From assembly GCF_000011805.1 (NCBI RefSeq), contig NC_006840.2: 32,000 bases of DNA. One strand, written 5' to 3'. This DNA comes from Aliivibrio fischeri ES114 (GTDB taxonomy: Bacteria > Pseudomonadota > Gammaproteobacteria > Enterobacterales > Vibrionaceae). The notes under the pieces were generated by a model. That model was not told the origin of the DNA, did no database searches, and saw only the letters and a program-made list of their open reading frames with translations. Every line of letters begins with the position of its first letter. The stretch's first letter is position 1. Positions 1-11,811 of this stretch are shown here, piece after piece. Made by a program: the position numbers and the translations under genes.

Positions 1-100
1 CTAAAACAAAAAATAATGGCTTCTATCATACCAAGTTCAAAGTAAAAATCAGATCTATACGAAAAAGTCACTTGAAAGACTACGATTAGCCACTCGATAG

Positions 101-1159
<1,059 letters not shown>

Positions 1160-1320
1160 GAGCAGGGACGAGAAAAAGTAGGGTTCAGGTCGCTTTGCTT
1201 AAAGGTTTCAGGGGAAATGTGGTGAGCTTTGGTGTTAACTAGAGACTATGCGCTGCGCTGACTAGAAACTATAAGAGCGAGAGTCTTGAATGTTGTAAGT
1301 TCTTTAATCCCAAAAAACAA

Positions 1321-1356
1321 AAAAGCATGATGATTAACTAAAATCATCATGCTTTT
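1321..1356. terminator. Bidirectional intrinsic terminator between convergent hemB and gppA
   Basis: 15-bp perfect stem AAAAGCATGATGATT / AATCATCATGCTTTT with 6-nt loop, A/T tracts on both sides. Confidence 0.85.
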
Positions 1357-1362
1357 ATTTTT

Positions 1363-1396
1363 CCTGAATCCTGAATCCTGAATCCTGAACCCTGAA
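1363..1396. repeat. Heptanucleotide tandem repeat (CCTGAAT)n, last unit variant
   Basis: cctgaatcctgaatcctgaatcctgaaccctgaa, about 4-5 units. Confidence 0.9.
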
Positions 1397-1452
1397 ATTA
1401 GTACCGGTAAGGCTCTTGCTTTTGCTCTTATAGAAGCGAAGCGTTCTAGTCC

Positions 1453-2946
1453 CTAGTCCCTAGCATCTATAACCAACTCCCAACCAATATTCGTCTGTTT
1501 ATCCGCCTCGATCTCTAACTCAGATCTCGTTAGAGGATTTGCCGCCAACCAAGCTCCATCAATCGACAATGACAAAACATCATTTTTTTCTGATAGCGTT
1601 ACAGTAGGTGCTAAATTCACATCACGACGATGAGTGAGAATAATCGCTAAACGTAAAATACGTAGCATGCGTTGAGCCGAGATATCAGAAACGGCATGTT
1701 GAGTTGGCATGGCTGAGAAATATTCGCGGTAACGGCGTAATAACTCACCAAGTAAGTGTTTTTGAGCACGAGTGAAACCTGGTAAATCCAGTGCGTTAAT
1801 TAAATAGGCTGAGTGCTCTCCACCTTTTTTATAATCAATACACATACCAATTTCATGAAGCTGAGTTGCCGCAGTAAGCAATGGCAATGCTTGTGGCTCA
1901 ATAAGCCAGTCGTTACCACATTGCTGCACAAGTTGAATTGAGAGGTCAGTGACCTGTTGAGCGTAGTCAACGTCTAATTGATAACGTTGTTGGGTGCTCT
2001 TTATTGTGCGTTGACACACTTCATCGTGTTGCAGTTCATCGATCATTCCGTAGCATAGGCCTTCACGTAACGCGCCGCCAGCTAGAGTCATAGAATCGAT
2101 GTTCAATAATTCAAAAATAGCAATAAGGATGGATAAACCGCTTGGGAACACTAATGCTCGCTCAAGTGTTAACCCATCAATATCTAACTCTTCTAAGTGT
2201 TCATATTGCATTGCTTGCTTTTGAAGGCGCTTTAGCTTGGCTAAGGTGATGACCTCATCCATGCCTTGCGCCAACATAATTTCTTGCAATGCTTGTACCG
2301 TACCACTGGCTCCAACACAGGTCTGCCAACCTAGGTCAGTATATTGCTGTAAAATTGGAGCTAACGTCTCTTTAGCGCCGGCAATTGCTGCATTAAAGTT
2401 CTTTTGGGTTAGGGCACGATCTTTAAAGTAGCCTTCTAGCCAAGTTACACAACCCATTTTTAAGCTTGTGAGTGCTTGTGCTTCAAAGCCTTCACCAATA
2501 ATTAGCTCTGTACTTGCTCCGCCGATATCAACGACTAAACGACGGCCATTACCACCTGAAGTGTGCGCAACTCCTTGGTAAATCATACGAGCTTCTTCTT
2601 CGCCTTCGATCACGTTAATGTTGTGACCTAAGATTTGATTGGCTTTTTCTAAGAAGATATCCACATTGCTAGCGACACGCAGCGTTGCTGTACCGACAAT
2701 GCGAATATTTTCTACAGGGATGTCTTGCAGACGTTCTGCAAATAAGCTCAAACAATCCCACCCACGTTGCATAGCTTCATGGCTGAGTGTGTTATTTTCA
2801 TTTAATCCCGCAGCTAAACGAACTTTACGTTTAATTTTAGCCATGGTTTGCACACTACCATTTATATGACGCACAACAAGCATATGGAAGCTATTGGAGC
2901 CTAAATCGATGGCGGCATACATTGGTGACATTGTTGAACTTTTCAT
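1453..2946 (-). CDS. gppA: Guanosine-5'-triphosphate,3'-diphosphate pyrophosphatase (Ppx/GppA family)
   Basis: 497 aa; [35 protein letters not shown]; adjacency to rhlB as in E. coli supports GppA over Ppx. Confidence 0.9.
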   Translation of the reverse strand: MKSSTMSPMYAAIDLGSNSFHMLVVRHINGSVQTMAKIKRKVRLAAGLNENNTLSHEAMQRGWDCLSLFAERLQDIPVENIRIVGTATLRVASNVDIFLEKANQILGHNINVIEGEEEARMIYQGVAHTSGGNGRRLVVDIGGASTELIIGEGFEAQALTSLKMGCVTWLEGYFKDRALTQKNFNAAIAGAKETLAPILQQYTDLGWQTCVGASGTVQALQEIMLAQGMDEVITLAKLKRLQKQAMQYEHLEELDIDGLTLERALVFPSGLSILIAIFELLNIDSMTLAGGALREGLCYGMIDELQHDEVCQRTIKSTQQRYQLDVDYAQQVTDLSIQLVQQCGNDWLIEPQALPLLTAATQLHEIGMCIDYKKGGEHSAYLINALDLPGFTRAQKHLLGELLRRYREYFSAMPTQHAVSDISAQRMLRILRLAIILTHRRDVNLAPTVTLSEKNDVLSLSIDGAWLAANPLTRSELEIEADKQTNIGWELVIDARD

Positions 2947-2979
2947 AACATCCTTTTACTTTTTTACTGAGCGCTCAAT

Positions 2980-4278
2980 TTACGACTGAGTATTACGTGG
3001 TTGACGTGGGCGAGTATGCTTACGGTTGCCGCCTTGACGTTGACCATTGTTATTACGACGATTTTGCTGTGGACGACGTTGAAGTCGTAGTGGAGCTGGC
3101 AAATCTTCTAGTAATGCCGAAGCGTCGTAATCAGATTGTGGAATAGAATGCTCAATATATTCTTCGATAGCAGGAAGGTTAATTGCGTATTCTTCACATG
3201 CGAAGCTAATAGAGTTACCGCTTGCACCTGCACGACCTGTACGGCCAATACGGTGAACGTAATCTTCTGCTTCGTTTGGTAAATCAAAGTTAAACACATG
3301 CGTTACTTGTGGAATATGTAGACCACGAGCAGCCACATCGGTAGCAACTAAGATATCAACATTACCTTGTGTGAACTCTTCTAAAATGCGCTCACGTTTT
3401 TTCTGAGGAACGTCACCAGTTAGAAGACCAACACGGTGTTTATCAGCAGCTAGGTGACCCCAAACTGATTCACATTTGTGTTTTGTGTTTGCAAAGATAA
3501 TCGCACGATCTGGCCATTCTTCTTCAATAAGTGTTTGAAGTAATGCCATTTTATGATCATTTGAAGGATAGAAAAGCTCTTCCTTAATGCGATGACCTGT
3601 TTTTTGTTCTGGCTCAACAACAACGTGCTCTGGCTCTTGCATGTGTTCAAACGCAAGCTCTTGCACACGGTAAGATAACGTAGCAGAGAACAGCATGTTT
3701 AAACGCTCTGTTGGCGCAGGCATACGACGGAAGATAAAGCGAATATCTTTAATAAAACCTAAATCGAACATACGATCGGCTTCATCAAGAACAACAGCTT
3801 GAATCATCTTAAAGTCGATGTGACCTTGCTTGTAAAAGTCGATAATACGACCGGTTGTACCGATCAAAATATCAACACCTTGCTCAATCACTTGTTGTTG
3901 TTTTTCATAACGCTCACCACCGTAAGCCAGTGCCGCTTTTAGGCCTGTACTTGCGATAAGTGATTCAGCATCATTGAAGATTTGAATCGCTAATTCACGT
4001 GTCGGAGCCATGATAATGGCACGCGGTTGTGTGATTTTACGACCTTCAGGTGCTGGTGTCGTTAATAGGTGATTAAAAGTAGCAGTAAGGAACGCTAGCG
4101 TCTTACCTGTACCCGTTTGGGCCTGGCCTGCAATGTCTTGGCCGGCGAGCAGTACCGGCAATGCCTTAGCTTGAATTGGGGTACATTTGATGAACCCTTT
4201 TGCATTCAAACCATCGATAACCTGAGGCTGTAAACCTAGGTCGGCAAAGTTTTGCTCTGTGATGTGCGTCTTTTTCAT
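2980..4278 (-). CDS. rhlB: ATP-dependent RNA helicase RhlB
   Basis: DEAD-box motifs [31 protein letters not shown]; divergent from trxA. Confidence 0.95.
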   Translation of the reverse strand: MKKTHITEQNFADLGLQPQVIDGLNAKGFIKCTPIQAKALPVLLAGQDIAGQAQTGTGKTLAFLTATFNHLLTTPAPEGRKITQPRAIIMAPTRELAIQIFNDAESLIASTGLKAALAYGGERYEKQQQVIEQGVDILIGTTGRIIDFYKQGHIDFKMIQAVVLDEADRMFDLGFIKDIRFIFRRMPAPTERLNMLFSATLSYRVQELAFEHMQEPEHVVVEPEQKTGHRIKEELFYPSNDHKMALLQTLIEEEWPDRAIIFANTKHKCESVWGHLAADKHRVGLLTGDVPQKKRERILEEFTQGNVDILVATDVAARGLHIPQVTHVFNFDLPNEAEDYVHRIGRTGRAGASGNSISFACEEYAINLPAIEEYIEHSIPQSDYDASALLEDLPAPLRLQRRPQQNRRNNNGQRQGGNRKHTRPRQPRNTQS

Positions 4279-4390
4279 TGCTATAGAATATCAGTTAAAG
4301 CTTGCAATACGAAACGGATTCCATTCAAATAGAGAATCAATTTGCTGGTTATCATCAAATCAGCCTTTAAATTTAACGTTGGAGTTGACG

Positions 4391-4717
4391 ATGAGCGACA
4401 AAATTTTGCAGCTTACAGATGGCGGTTTTGAAGAAAGTGTAATCAACGCTGCAGGCCCTGTACTAGTAGATTTCTGGGCAGAATGGTGTGGTCCTTGTAA
4501 AATGATTGCCCCGATTCTGGATGAGATTGCTGATGAGTACGAAGGCAAACTAACGATTGGTAAATTAAATATCGATCAAAATGCTGGTACACCACCAAAA
4601 TTTGGTATTCGTGGCATTCCAACGCTACTTCTTTTCAAAGATGGCGGCGTAGCTGCAACGAAAGTGGGTGCACTTTCAAAGACTCAACTTAAAGAGTTTC
4701 TTGATGCAAACCTATAA
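4391..4717 (+). CDS. trxA: Thioredoxin 1
   Basis: [19 protein letters not shown]; start placed at the ATG encoding MSDKILQL rather than the upstream track start at 4259. Confidence 0.95.
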   Translation: MSDKILQLTDGGFEESVINAAGPVLVDFWAEWCGPCKMIAPILDEIADEYEGKLTIGKLNIDQNAGTPPKFGIRGIPTLLLFKDGGVAATKVGALSKTQLKEFLDANL

Positions 4718-4742
4718 TTTAGGATGGTATTAAGTCAGATAG

Positions 4743-4780
4743 AACCGCATATAATGAAAAATTATGTGCGGTTTTGTTTT
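4743..4780 (+). terminator. Intrinsic terminator after trxA
   Basis: AACCGCATATAAT-gaaaa-ATTATGTGCGGTT followed by TTGTTTT. Confidence 0.75.
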
Positions 4781-4956
4781 ATCTGAGCTAAGCTAAGCCC
4801 ATAAATAGGGTTAACCCCCTAGACTAAAAACCGAATAAGTGATAATTTATCGCGCGTAATTTATACGATTTCATTTCTTGACCGAGCTCGAAGGTCATCC
4901 ATTCTTAAATCAACTAAAGATAGAATCTGATTTTGACTAAACAACTACCTACCACT

Positions 4957-6216
4957 ATGAATCTTACTGAACTTAAAAACCGATCTGTATCGGACCTTGT
5001 TGCTCTTGGCGAAACACTAGGCCTAGAAAACTTAGCTCGTCTAAGAAAACAAGACATTATTTTTTCTATTCTTAAGCAGCACGCAAAGAGTGGCGAAGAT
5101 ATATTCGGTGACGGTGTTCTAGAGATTCTGCAAGATGGCTTTGGTTTCCTTCGCTCGGCAGACAGTTCTTACTTGGCGGGTCCTGATGATATTTATGTAT
5201 CGCCAAGCCAAATTCGTCGTTTTAACCTGCGTACTGGTGATACCATTGCCGGAAAGATTCGCCCACCAAAAGATGGCGAACGCTACTTTGCTCTTCTTAA
5301 AGTAAACGCTGTAAACCACGACCGTCCTGATAACGCACGTAATAAAATCCTTTTTGAAAACCTTACTCCTCTACATGCTAACGATCGTTTACGCATGGAA
5401 CGTGGTAATGGTTCAACAGAAGATATTACAGCACGTGTTCTTGATTTAGCATCACCAATTGGCCGTGGCCAACGTGGTCTGATTGTTGCTCCGCCAAAAG
5501 CGGGTAAAACAATGTTGCTTCAAAACATTGCTCAAAGTATTGCGCATAACCACCCTGAGTGTGAGTTGATGGTTTTACTTATCGACGAACGTCCAGAAGA
5601 AGTAACAGAGATGCAACGCCTAGTTAAAGGCGAAGTTGTTGCATCAACGTTTGATGAGCCAGCGTCTCGTCACGTTCAAGTTGCTGAAATGGTTATCGAG
5701 AAAGCAAAACGTCTTGTTGAACATAAGAAAGACGTGGTTATCTTACTTGACTCAATCACTCGTCTAGCTCGTGCATATAACACAGTGATCCCATCATCTG
5801 GTAAAGTTCTTACTGGTGGTGTAGATGCAAACGCACTTCACCGTCCTAAGCGCTTCTTTGGTGCTGCACGTAACGTTGAAGAAGGTGGTAGCTTAACTAT
5901 CATCGCAACAGCACTTGTTGATACTGGCTCTAAAATGGATGAAGTTATCTACGAAGAGTTTAAAGGTACAGGTAACATGGAATTACACTTAAACCGTAAG
6001 ATTGCGGAAAAACGTGTATTCCCAGCTATCGACTTTAACCGTTCAGGTACTCGTCGTGAAGAGTTGTTAACTAAAGCTGATGAGCTACAGAAAATGTGGA
6101 TTCTACGTAAGATTGTTCACCCAATGGGCGAAATTGATGCGATGGAATTCCTAATTGATAAACTATCAATGACGAAAACAAATGATGAGTTCTTTGATGC
6201 GATGCGTCGTCAGTAA
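4957..6216 (+). CDS. rho: Transcription termination factor Rho
   Basis: [19 protein letters not shown]...; [16 protein letters not shown] Walker [13 protein letters not shown]; start moved to the conserved ATG. Confidence 0.97.
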   Translation: MNLTELKNRSVSDLVALGETLGLENLARLRKQDIIFSILKQHAKSGEDIFGDGVLEILQDGFGFLRSADSSYLAGPDDIYVSPSQIRRFNLRTGDTIAGKIRPPKDGERYFALLKVNAVNHDRPDNARNKILFENLTPLHANDRLRMERGNGSTEDITARVLDLASPIGRGQRGLIVAPPKAGKTMLLQNIAQSIAHNHPECELMVLLIDERPEEVTEMQRLVKGEVVASTFDEPASRHVQVAEMVIEKAKRLVEHKKDVVILLDSITRLARAYNTVIPSSGKVLTGGVDANALHRPKRFFGAARNVEEGGSLTIIATALVDTGSKMDEVIYEEFKGTGNMELHLNRKIAEKRVFPAIDFNRSGTRREELLTKADELQKMWILRKIVHPMGEIDAMEFLIDKLSMTKTNDEFFDAMRRQ

Positions 6217-6259
6217 TTGATATAAAACTCATTTATTGATATAGAGCCCAAAATAATGA

Positions 6260-6286
6260 AACGCTACCAGTTTGGTGGCGTTTTTT
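6260..6286 (+). terminator. Intrinsic terminator after rho
   Basis: AACGCTACC-agttt-GGTGGCGTT followed by T-tract. Confidence 0.75.
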
Positions 6287-6373
6287 GTTGATTAAATGTT
6301 AATTTGATCGCACTATGATTTGTACTAAGCTTGGTGAAGTATACTTAACTTAGTTCATTTCAGGGAGTAACTT

Positions 6374-7369
6374 ATGCGACAAGGACTGTTAGCATCTCTC
6401 TTCCTTTTTATTAGTTTGCTGTTTGGGCAAGTATTAGCCTCTGAGATTCAACCAAACTTTAAAAATAGTTTGTTGAATGATCAGCAACTTAAGAAGAAGG
6501 TGGAAAAGCTACATCAATATCTTATTGATGATGACACCACAACGTTAAACTTTTCTCTTAATCGTCTTTCTATGCCACAGCAAGAAGCGGTACGCTTTAT
6601 GTTGCTTCAAAATATTGAAAAAGACAGATTAATCTTATCTCCAACAGCCAGTATTTGGTTAAAAGAACAGTTAACGCTGCATCCAACGTATACCATTAAA
6701 GAACAAGGTGATGGTTATGTGGTCACTAAGTTAGCATTTGATTATTCTAGTATTGCTGCTCGTGTATTAAATCAGATGAAGAAAGAACAACAAGTATTGG
6801 ACTTCATTCTTGCCGCTGAAGAAAAGCGTCTTATATTATCTGAATGGTTAACGGGTGAACCTCATCAAGTACGTGTACGCCAATCTATTGTATTAGCTGA
6901 ATTAGATAGCCTTACGCCAGAAGCGTTAGAGTATCTTGTTAATCAGGTTACGGACGACACATTATCGGTGTGGTTGCCAACGACTGAAGTGATGGTTCGT
7001 TTAGCTCAAGTATCGAAAAGCCCTAAAATATATAAGATGTTATGGCGTATGCGAACAGATCAATACAGTATCAATGAGCTTAATCGTTTAGCGGGATTAG
7101 CACCTGATCCATTTGCGACAGAGCAATTAATGGCTGCAACTAAAAATCCATCACTGAAGCAGAGTGCTTTTGCTTCACTTGCTCAACTTCATCCGCTGCC
7201 GCAAGAGGTTCAGCATTTTTTGTTAGCGAAACTTGATCATATTCAGGATGGTGGTGCCGTCGCAATGCACTTAGCGAATTATGGACATGCTTCTTGGTTA
7301 GAAAGTTTGGTAGGCAATAGCAGTAATGTTCGTAGGCAGCACGTAAAGTTTGCTTTATCTCAGAATTAG
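6374..7369 (+). CDS. Secreted/periplasmic hypothetical protein, possibly helical-repeat type
   Basis: 331-aa ORF with N-terminal signal peptide MRQGLLASLFLFISLLFGQVLAS; leucine-rich helical composition. Confidence 0.7.
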   Translation: MRQGLLASLFLFISLLFGQVLASEIQPNFKNSLLNDQQLKKKVEKLHQYLIDDDTTTLNFSLNRLSMPQQEAVRFMLLQNIEKDRLILSPTASIWLKEQLTLHPTYTIKEQGDGYVVTKLAFDYSSIAARVLNQMKKEQQVLDFILAAEEKRLILSEWLTGEPHQVRVRQSIVLAELDSLTPEALEYLVNQVTDDTLSVWLPTTEVMVRLAQVSKSPKIYKMLWRMRTDQYSINELNRLAGLAPDPFATEQLMAATKNPSLKQSAFASLAQLHPLPQEVQHFLLAKLDHIQDGGAVAMHLANYGHASWLESLVGNSSNVRRQHVKFALSQN

Positions 7370-7470
7370 TAGGGGTTAGTCCTCTGAATATAGGTTATGA
7401 CTTTTAAGTAGGTTGGGCATATTCATTTGTTTGGGTATAATCTATTCAAACTCATTAGATGTAGATAGCG

Positions 7471-9315
7471 ATGCAATATAAGGATTTACGTGATTTTATC
7501 GGCCATTTGGAAGATATTGGTCAGCTAAAACGCATTTCACACCCCATTGACCCTCATTATGAAATGACAGAGATCAGCGATCGTACTTTACGTGCGGGTG
7601 GTCCTGCTTTGCTATTTGAAAATCCAATTGGCTATGATATTCCGGTTTTAACTAACTTATTTGGTACGCCAGAGCGTGTCGCTATCGGCATGGGCCGCAA
7701 AGACGTTTTGGAACTGCGTGAAGTTGGTAAATTACTTGCGTACTTAAAAGAGCCTGAGCCACCAAAAGGCTTTAAAGATGCATTAGATAAATTGCCAGTC
7801 TTTAAGCAAGTTTTGAACATGCCAACGAAGAACATTCGTAAAGCGGCATGCCAACAGATTGTTTGGCAAGGCGATGATGTTGATCTTGATAAAGTTCCAG
7901 TGATGAGCTGTTGGGCTGATGATGTTGCTCCGTTATTAACGTGGGGTCTAACCATTACCAAAGGCCCGCATAAAAAACGTCAAAACTTAGGTATTTATCG
8001 TCAGCAGAAGCTAAGTAAAAACAAAGTGATCATGCGTTGGCTTGCTCACCGTGGTGGTGCATTAGATTTACGTGACTGGATGGAAACTCATCCAGGAGAA
8101 CCTTTCCCTGTCTCTGTGGCGTTTGGTGCTGATCCTGCAACGATTTTAGGTGCGGTAACGCCAGTACCTGATACCTTATCGGAATATGCGTTTGCAGGCC
8201 TTCTACGAGGCAGCAGAACCGAAATAACCAAATCCATTAGTAATGACTTGGAAGTACCAGCAAGTGCTGAGATTGTCCTAGAGGGCTATATCGACCCAAC
8301 AGAATTTGCTGATGAAGGTCCTTATGGGGATCATACCGGTTATTACAATGAAGTTGAAAAGCATCATGTGTTTACGGTAACGCACATTACCATGCGTAAA
8401 GAGCCGATTTATCACAGTACGTATACGGGCCGTCCACCTGATGAACCCGCGGTTTTGGGGGTGGCATTAAACGAAGTATTTGTGCCGATCTTACAAAAGC
8501 AGTTTCCTGAAATCATTGATTTTTATCTTCCTCCTGAAGGGTGTTCATACCGCATGGCGGTAGTGACAATGAAGAAACAATACCCAGGACATGCTAAGCG
8601 TGTGATGATGGGAGTATGGTCGTTCTTACGTCAGTTTATGTATACCAAGTTTGTATTGGTCTGCGATGAAGAGGTGAATGCTCGAGATTGGTCACAAGTA
8701 ACGGCGGCAATGTCTCAGCATATGGATCCGGCTCGTGACAGTTTGATGATAGAAAATACGCCGATAGATTCATTAGATTTTGCTTCACCTGTGGTGGGAT
8801 TAGGCTCAAAAATGGGCTTAGATATCACGAAAAAATGGGAGGTAGAATTAGCATTATCACCAAACGTGGAATGTTCATTAACAAGCAGTGAGCAGATTGA
8901 AGGGTGTATCGCTGAAATAACCAAAATGTGTCCTGAGATTATTGAAATTCATTTGCAGAATGACAATGCCAATATGGTGGTTGTATCCATCAATAAACAG
9001 GCAGCAGGTAATGCTAAGAAAATCATGGATGCCATTTGGGCTCAATTTGAAGAGAATAAATTTGTTATTGTGTGTGACGATGATGTCAATGTGAGTGATT
9101 GGAATGACATCATTTGGGCAGTAACAACGCGAATGGATCCGGCGAGAGATACTTTATTCTTACAAAGCGTAGGTGAAACCTCAAAAATGGGGTTAGATGC
9201 CACCAATAAATGGGAAGGTGAATGTCTTCGTGAGTGGGGAACACCCATCAAGAAAGATCCAGAAGTGGTCGCTAAAATTGACTCTATTTGGGATGAATTA
9301 GGTATTTTCAAATAA
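7471..9315 (+). CDS. ubiD: 3-octaprenyl-4-hydroxybenzoate carboxy-lyase UbiD with C-terminal region duplication
   Basis: [12 protein letters not shown]...; [17 protein letters not shown]-like N-terminus; [15 protein letters not shown]; 614 aa versus about 497 aa in E. coli. Confidence 0.95.
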   Translation: MQYKDLRDFIGHLEDIGQLKRISHPIDPHYEMTEISDRTLRAGGPALLFENPIGYDIPVLTNLFGTPERVAIGMGRKDVLELREVGKLLAYLKEPEPPKGFKDALDKLPVFKQVLNMPTKNIRKAACQQIVWQGDDVDLDKVPVMSCWADDVAPLLTWGLTITKGPHKKRQNLGIYRQQKLSKNKVIMRWLAHRGGALDLRDWMETHPGEPFPVSVAFGADPATILGAVTPVPDTLSEYAFAGLLRGSRTEITKSISNDLEVPASAEIVLEGYIDPTEFADEGPYGDHTGYYNEVEKHHVFTVTHITMRKEPIYHSTYTGRPPDEPAVLGVALNEVFVPILQKQFPEIIDFYLPPEGCSYRMAVVTMKKQYPGHAKRVMMGVWSFLRQFMYTKFVLVCDEEVNARDWSQVTAAMSQHMDPARDSLMIENTPIDSLDFASPVVGLGSKMGLDITKKWEVELALSPNVECSLTSSEQIEGCIAEITKMCPEIIEIHLQNDNANMVVVSINKQAAGNAKKIMDAIWAQFEENKFVIVCDDDVNVSDWNDIIWAVTTRMDPARDTLFLQSVGETSKMGLDATNKWEGECLREWGTPIKKDPEVVAKIDSIWDELGIFK

Positions 9316-9478
9316 GAATTGGTTTTACTACCTATTTTAGTGAAGTGTAATGTCTTGTAGCAAAACAGCTGTTGCTATCGATAAGCTATCAACACCAATT
9401 AAATCCATTCTGCTTTTGCGGAAAGACATTTCATTTCACTGAATAAAGTGAAGTATTAAAATCAATAAATTAAGTGTA

Positions 9479-9742
9479 ATGAAAAAAATAACGCTACTAC
9501 CACAGCAAAAAGAATTTAGCATCGAAGAAGGACAAACTATTCTTGATGCGGCACTCGAGGCGGGAATTAATTATCCAAACCGATGCCAAGTCGGCGCATG
9601 CGCTATGTGCTTATGCAAAAAATTAGAGGGTGAAATCGAATACGATCTAGAGCCTCTTCTTACTGATAAAGAACAACAAGAAGGGTGGGTATTTGCGTGT
9701 CAGGCAACAGCAAAAAGTGATTTAGTGCTGTTGTTAGAATAA
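9479..9742 (+). CDS. Small plant-type 2Fe-2S ferredoxin
   Basis: 87 aa with CQVGACAMC (Cx4Cx2C) plus distal Cys in GWVFACQA. Confidence 0.9.
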   Translation: MKKITLLPQQKEFSIEEGQTILDAALEAGINYPNRCQVGACAMCLCKKLEGEIEYDLEPLLTDKEQQEGWVFACQATAKSDLVLLLE

Positions 9743-9838
9743 ATCCTCCCCGTATAATTAGAGTTTAATGCTCAATACACATAATAATGACAGCGTACAA
9801 ATGCCATATTAAAAGGCATCAGCTGAAAAAGGAAAGTC

Positions 9839-10549
9839 ATGCCAATCAATTGCAAAGTAAAGTCTATCGAGCCATTGGCTTGTAATACTTTTCGAATTTT
9901 ACTTCACCCAGAACAGCCTGTTGCCTTTAAAGCAGGCCAATACCTAACGGTTGTTATGGGTGAAAAAGACAAACGTCCATTCTCAATCGCAAGTAGTCCT
10001 TGTCGCCACGAAGGTGAAATTGAGTTACATATTGGCGCCGCAGAGCACAATGCTTATGCTGGAGAAGTGGTTGAATCAATGAAATCGGCACTAGAAACTG
10101 GTGGTGATATTTTAATTGATGCGCCTCATGGTGAAGCGTGGATCCGTGAAGACAGCGAGCGTTCAATGTTATTGATTGCTGGTGGTACAGGTTTTAGTTA
10201 TGTACGTTCAATTCTTGATCACTGCATTAGCCAAAAGATTCAAAAACCAATTTACCTATACTGGGGTGGTCGTGATGAATGCCAACTGTATGCAAAAGCA
10301 GAATTAGAGACCATTGCTCAAGCGCATAGCCATATTACGTTTGTGCCAGTGGTTGAGAAAAGTGAAGGCTGGACAGGTAAAACGGGTAATGTGTTAGAAG
10401 CGGTAAAAGCTGATTTTAACTCACTAGCAGATATGGATATTTATATCGCAGGTCGCTTTGAAATGGCTGGTGCAGCACGTGAGCAATTCACCACAGAAAA
10501 ACAAGCGAAGAAAGAACAACTGTTTGGTGATGCATTCGCATTTATTTAG
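9839..10549 (+). CDS. fre: NAD(P)H-flavin reductase
   Basis: 236 aa; [22 protein letters not shown]; strongly resembles recalled V. fischeri Fre. Confidence 0.95.
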   Translation: MPINCKVKSIEPLACNTFRILLHPEQPVAFKAGQYLTVVMGEKDKRPFSIASSPCRHEGEIELHIGAAEHNAYAGEVVESMKSALETGGDILIDAPHGEAWIREDSERSMLLIAGGTGFSYVRSILDHCISQKIQKPIYLYWGGRDECQLYAKAELETIAQAHSHITFVPVVEKSEGWTGKTGNVLEAVKADFNSLADMDIYIAGRFEMAGAAREQFTTEKQAKKEQLFGDAFAFI

Positions 10550-10577
10550 TCGAGCTTTCTAACAAATATCAATAAAA

Positions 10578-10607
10578 ATGCCACTCAATAATGAGTGGCA
10601 TTTTTTA
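10578..10607. terminator. Intrinsic terminator between convergent fre and hemY
   Basis: ATGCCACTCA-ATAA-TGAGTGGCAT with flanking A/T tracts. Confidence 0.8.
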
Positions 10608-10626
10608 TGGATGTTATAAAAACGAA

Positions 10627-11811
10627 TTAGCCTTTATCATCAACCATAGTCAGTGCTTTACGAGAAAGATCTGCCGCCGCTTGTTTGCGGTTTTGCTTAT
10701 CTAATACTCGCGCAAGATAGGCGTAATCAGACATATCTTCACGAATCGCTAATGCAGCCTCAAAATGTTCACGTGCAGGCTGCCATTTTTGTGTTCGCAT
10801 ATAAAGCTGTGCCAACGTACTTTGAATTACTGGGTTGCGAACATCGTAATCTGCCATGCTTTCAAGCAACACGGTTACTGGATGATAATCAGCAAGATTT
10901 AGTGTAGGCAGTAGCGCAACGAGACGATCATCTGCTCGTTTCTTTAAGTTATCTCGTAAGATAATGTACGCTTCTGAATCTGCTTTGCGTGCTTGTAATT
11001 GTTGGATAAGACAAATCAGAATTGGAACATGCTTTTTAAGTTTCTTTGGTAAGGCATCCCAATGTTCTAGTAAACCAGCGGTACCTTTATTGGTCGCAAT
11101 TACGGCCATTAATCCACATTCTGCTTTTTCTTCTAACTCTAAGGCTTGTTGGTCCGTAATTAGGTTAGCTTTACTTAATGGATGAATGATATTTTTTAGA
11201 GCCTGCCATTCATTTAATGCAAGGTAACACTCTTTTAGTAGTTCTAATAAAACCGGATTACGAGGGTAATCAACCTTAACAAACTGTAAGGTCGCTAATG
11301 CCAGTTCATACTGTTTTTGGCGCATTTGCAGTTTAGCGCTGGTTAATGCAACCGCTAATGTGCTGTCATCTTGTTCAGATGCTAGCTGTAGGTATTTATC
11401 TCTCAGATCAATTTGCTGACGGCCTTGAGCAGCTTCTGCAGCAGCTAAATAATTTAATAGTGGGAAATCATTATGACGCCCACCTTTAGTAATTAGACGC
11501 TCAGCTTCTTTCCATTCACCTTCGTGCAGTTTAATCATACCTTTAAAGGTGTTGTAACGAGCTTTACGCAAATGACGAGCACTAAACCAACCACGAGTAT
11601 AATTACTCACAGATAGAATACGCTTCACGATCATTTCAAGTAAGAACAAGCCAGCAATCAAAGCACCAATAAAGAGCACTAAGGTCGTTAAGCTCATCTC
11701 TATGGTCGTATTAGCAACGGATATCAATACATAGCCTTGTTGATCAGCAAAGGTCGTTCCCACGATTAATCCACCGACTAAGACAATCGCCAGAAGAAGT
11801 AATCGGATCAT
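10627..11811 (-). CDS. hemY: HemY protein (heme biosynthesis operon, TPR-containing membrane protein)
   Basis: 394 aa; N-terminal TM segments; last gene of the hemCDXY array. Confidence 0.9.
   Translation of the reverse strand: MIRLLLLAIVLVGGLIVGTTFADQQGYVLISVANTTIEMSLTTLVLFIGALIAGLFLLEMIVKRILSVSNYTRGWFSARHLRKARYNTFKGMIKLHEGEWKEAERLITKGGRHNDFPLLNYLAAAEAAQGRQQIDLRDKYLQLASEQDDSTLAVALTSAKLQMRQKQYELALATLQFVKVDYPRNPVLLELLKECYLALNEWQALKNIIHPLSKANLITDQQALELEEKAECGLMAVIATNKGTAGLLEHWDALPKKLKKHVPILICLIQQLQARKADSEAYIILRDNLKKRADDRLVALLPTLNLADYHPVTVLLESMADYDVRNPVIQSTLAQLYMRTQKWQPAREHFEAALAIREDMSDYAYLARVLDKQNRKQAAADLSRKALTMVDDKG

Noticed and set aside
1363-1463. Short tandem repeats as a possible CRISPR array
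   Set aside because: Units are only 7 nt with no spacers and no cas genes nearby; this is a simple heptamer array.
4259-4390. N-terminal extension of TrxA in the ORF track
   Set aside because: Thioredoxin begins at MSDKILQL with an SD (GGAG) just upstream of 4391; the extension is upstream non-coding sequence.
7632-9311. Several antisense ORFs within ubiD (track items at 7632, 8715, 9042)
   Set aside because: Typical shadow ORFs opposite a strongly supported CDS; peptides show no recognisable motif.
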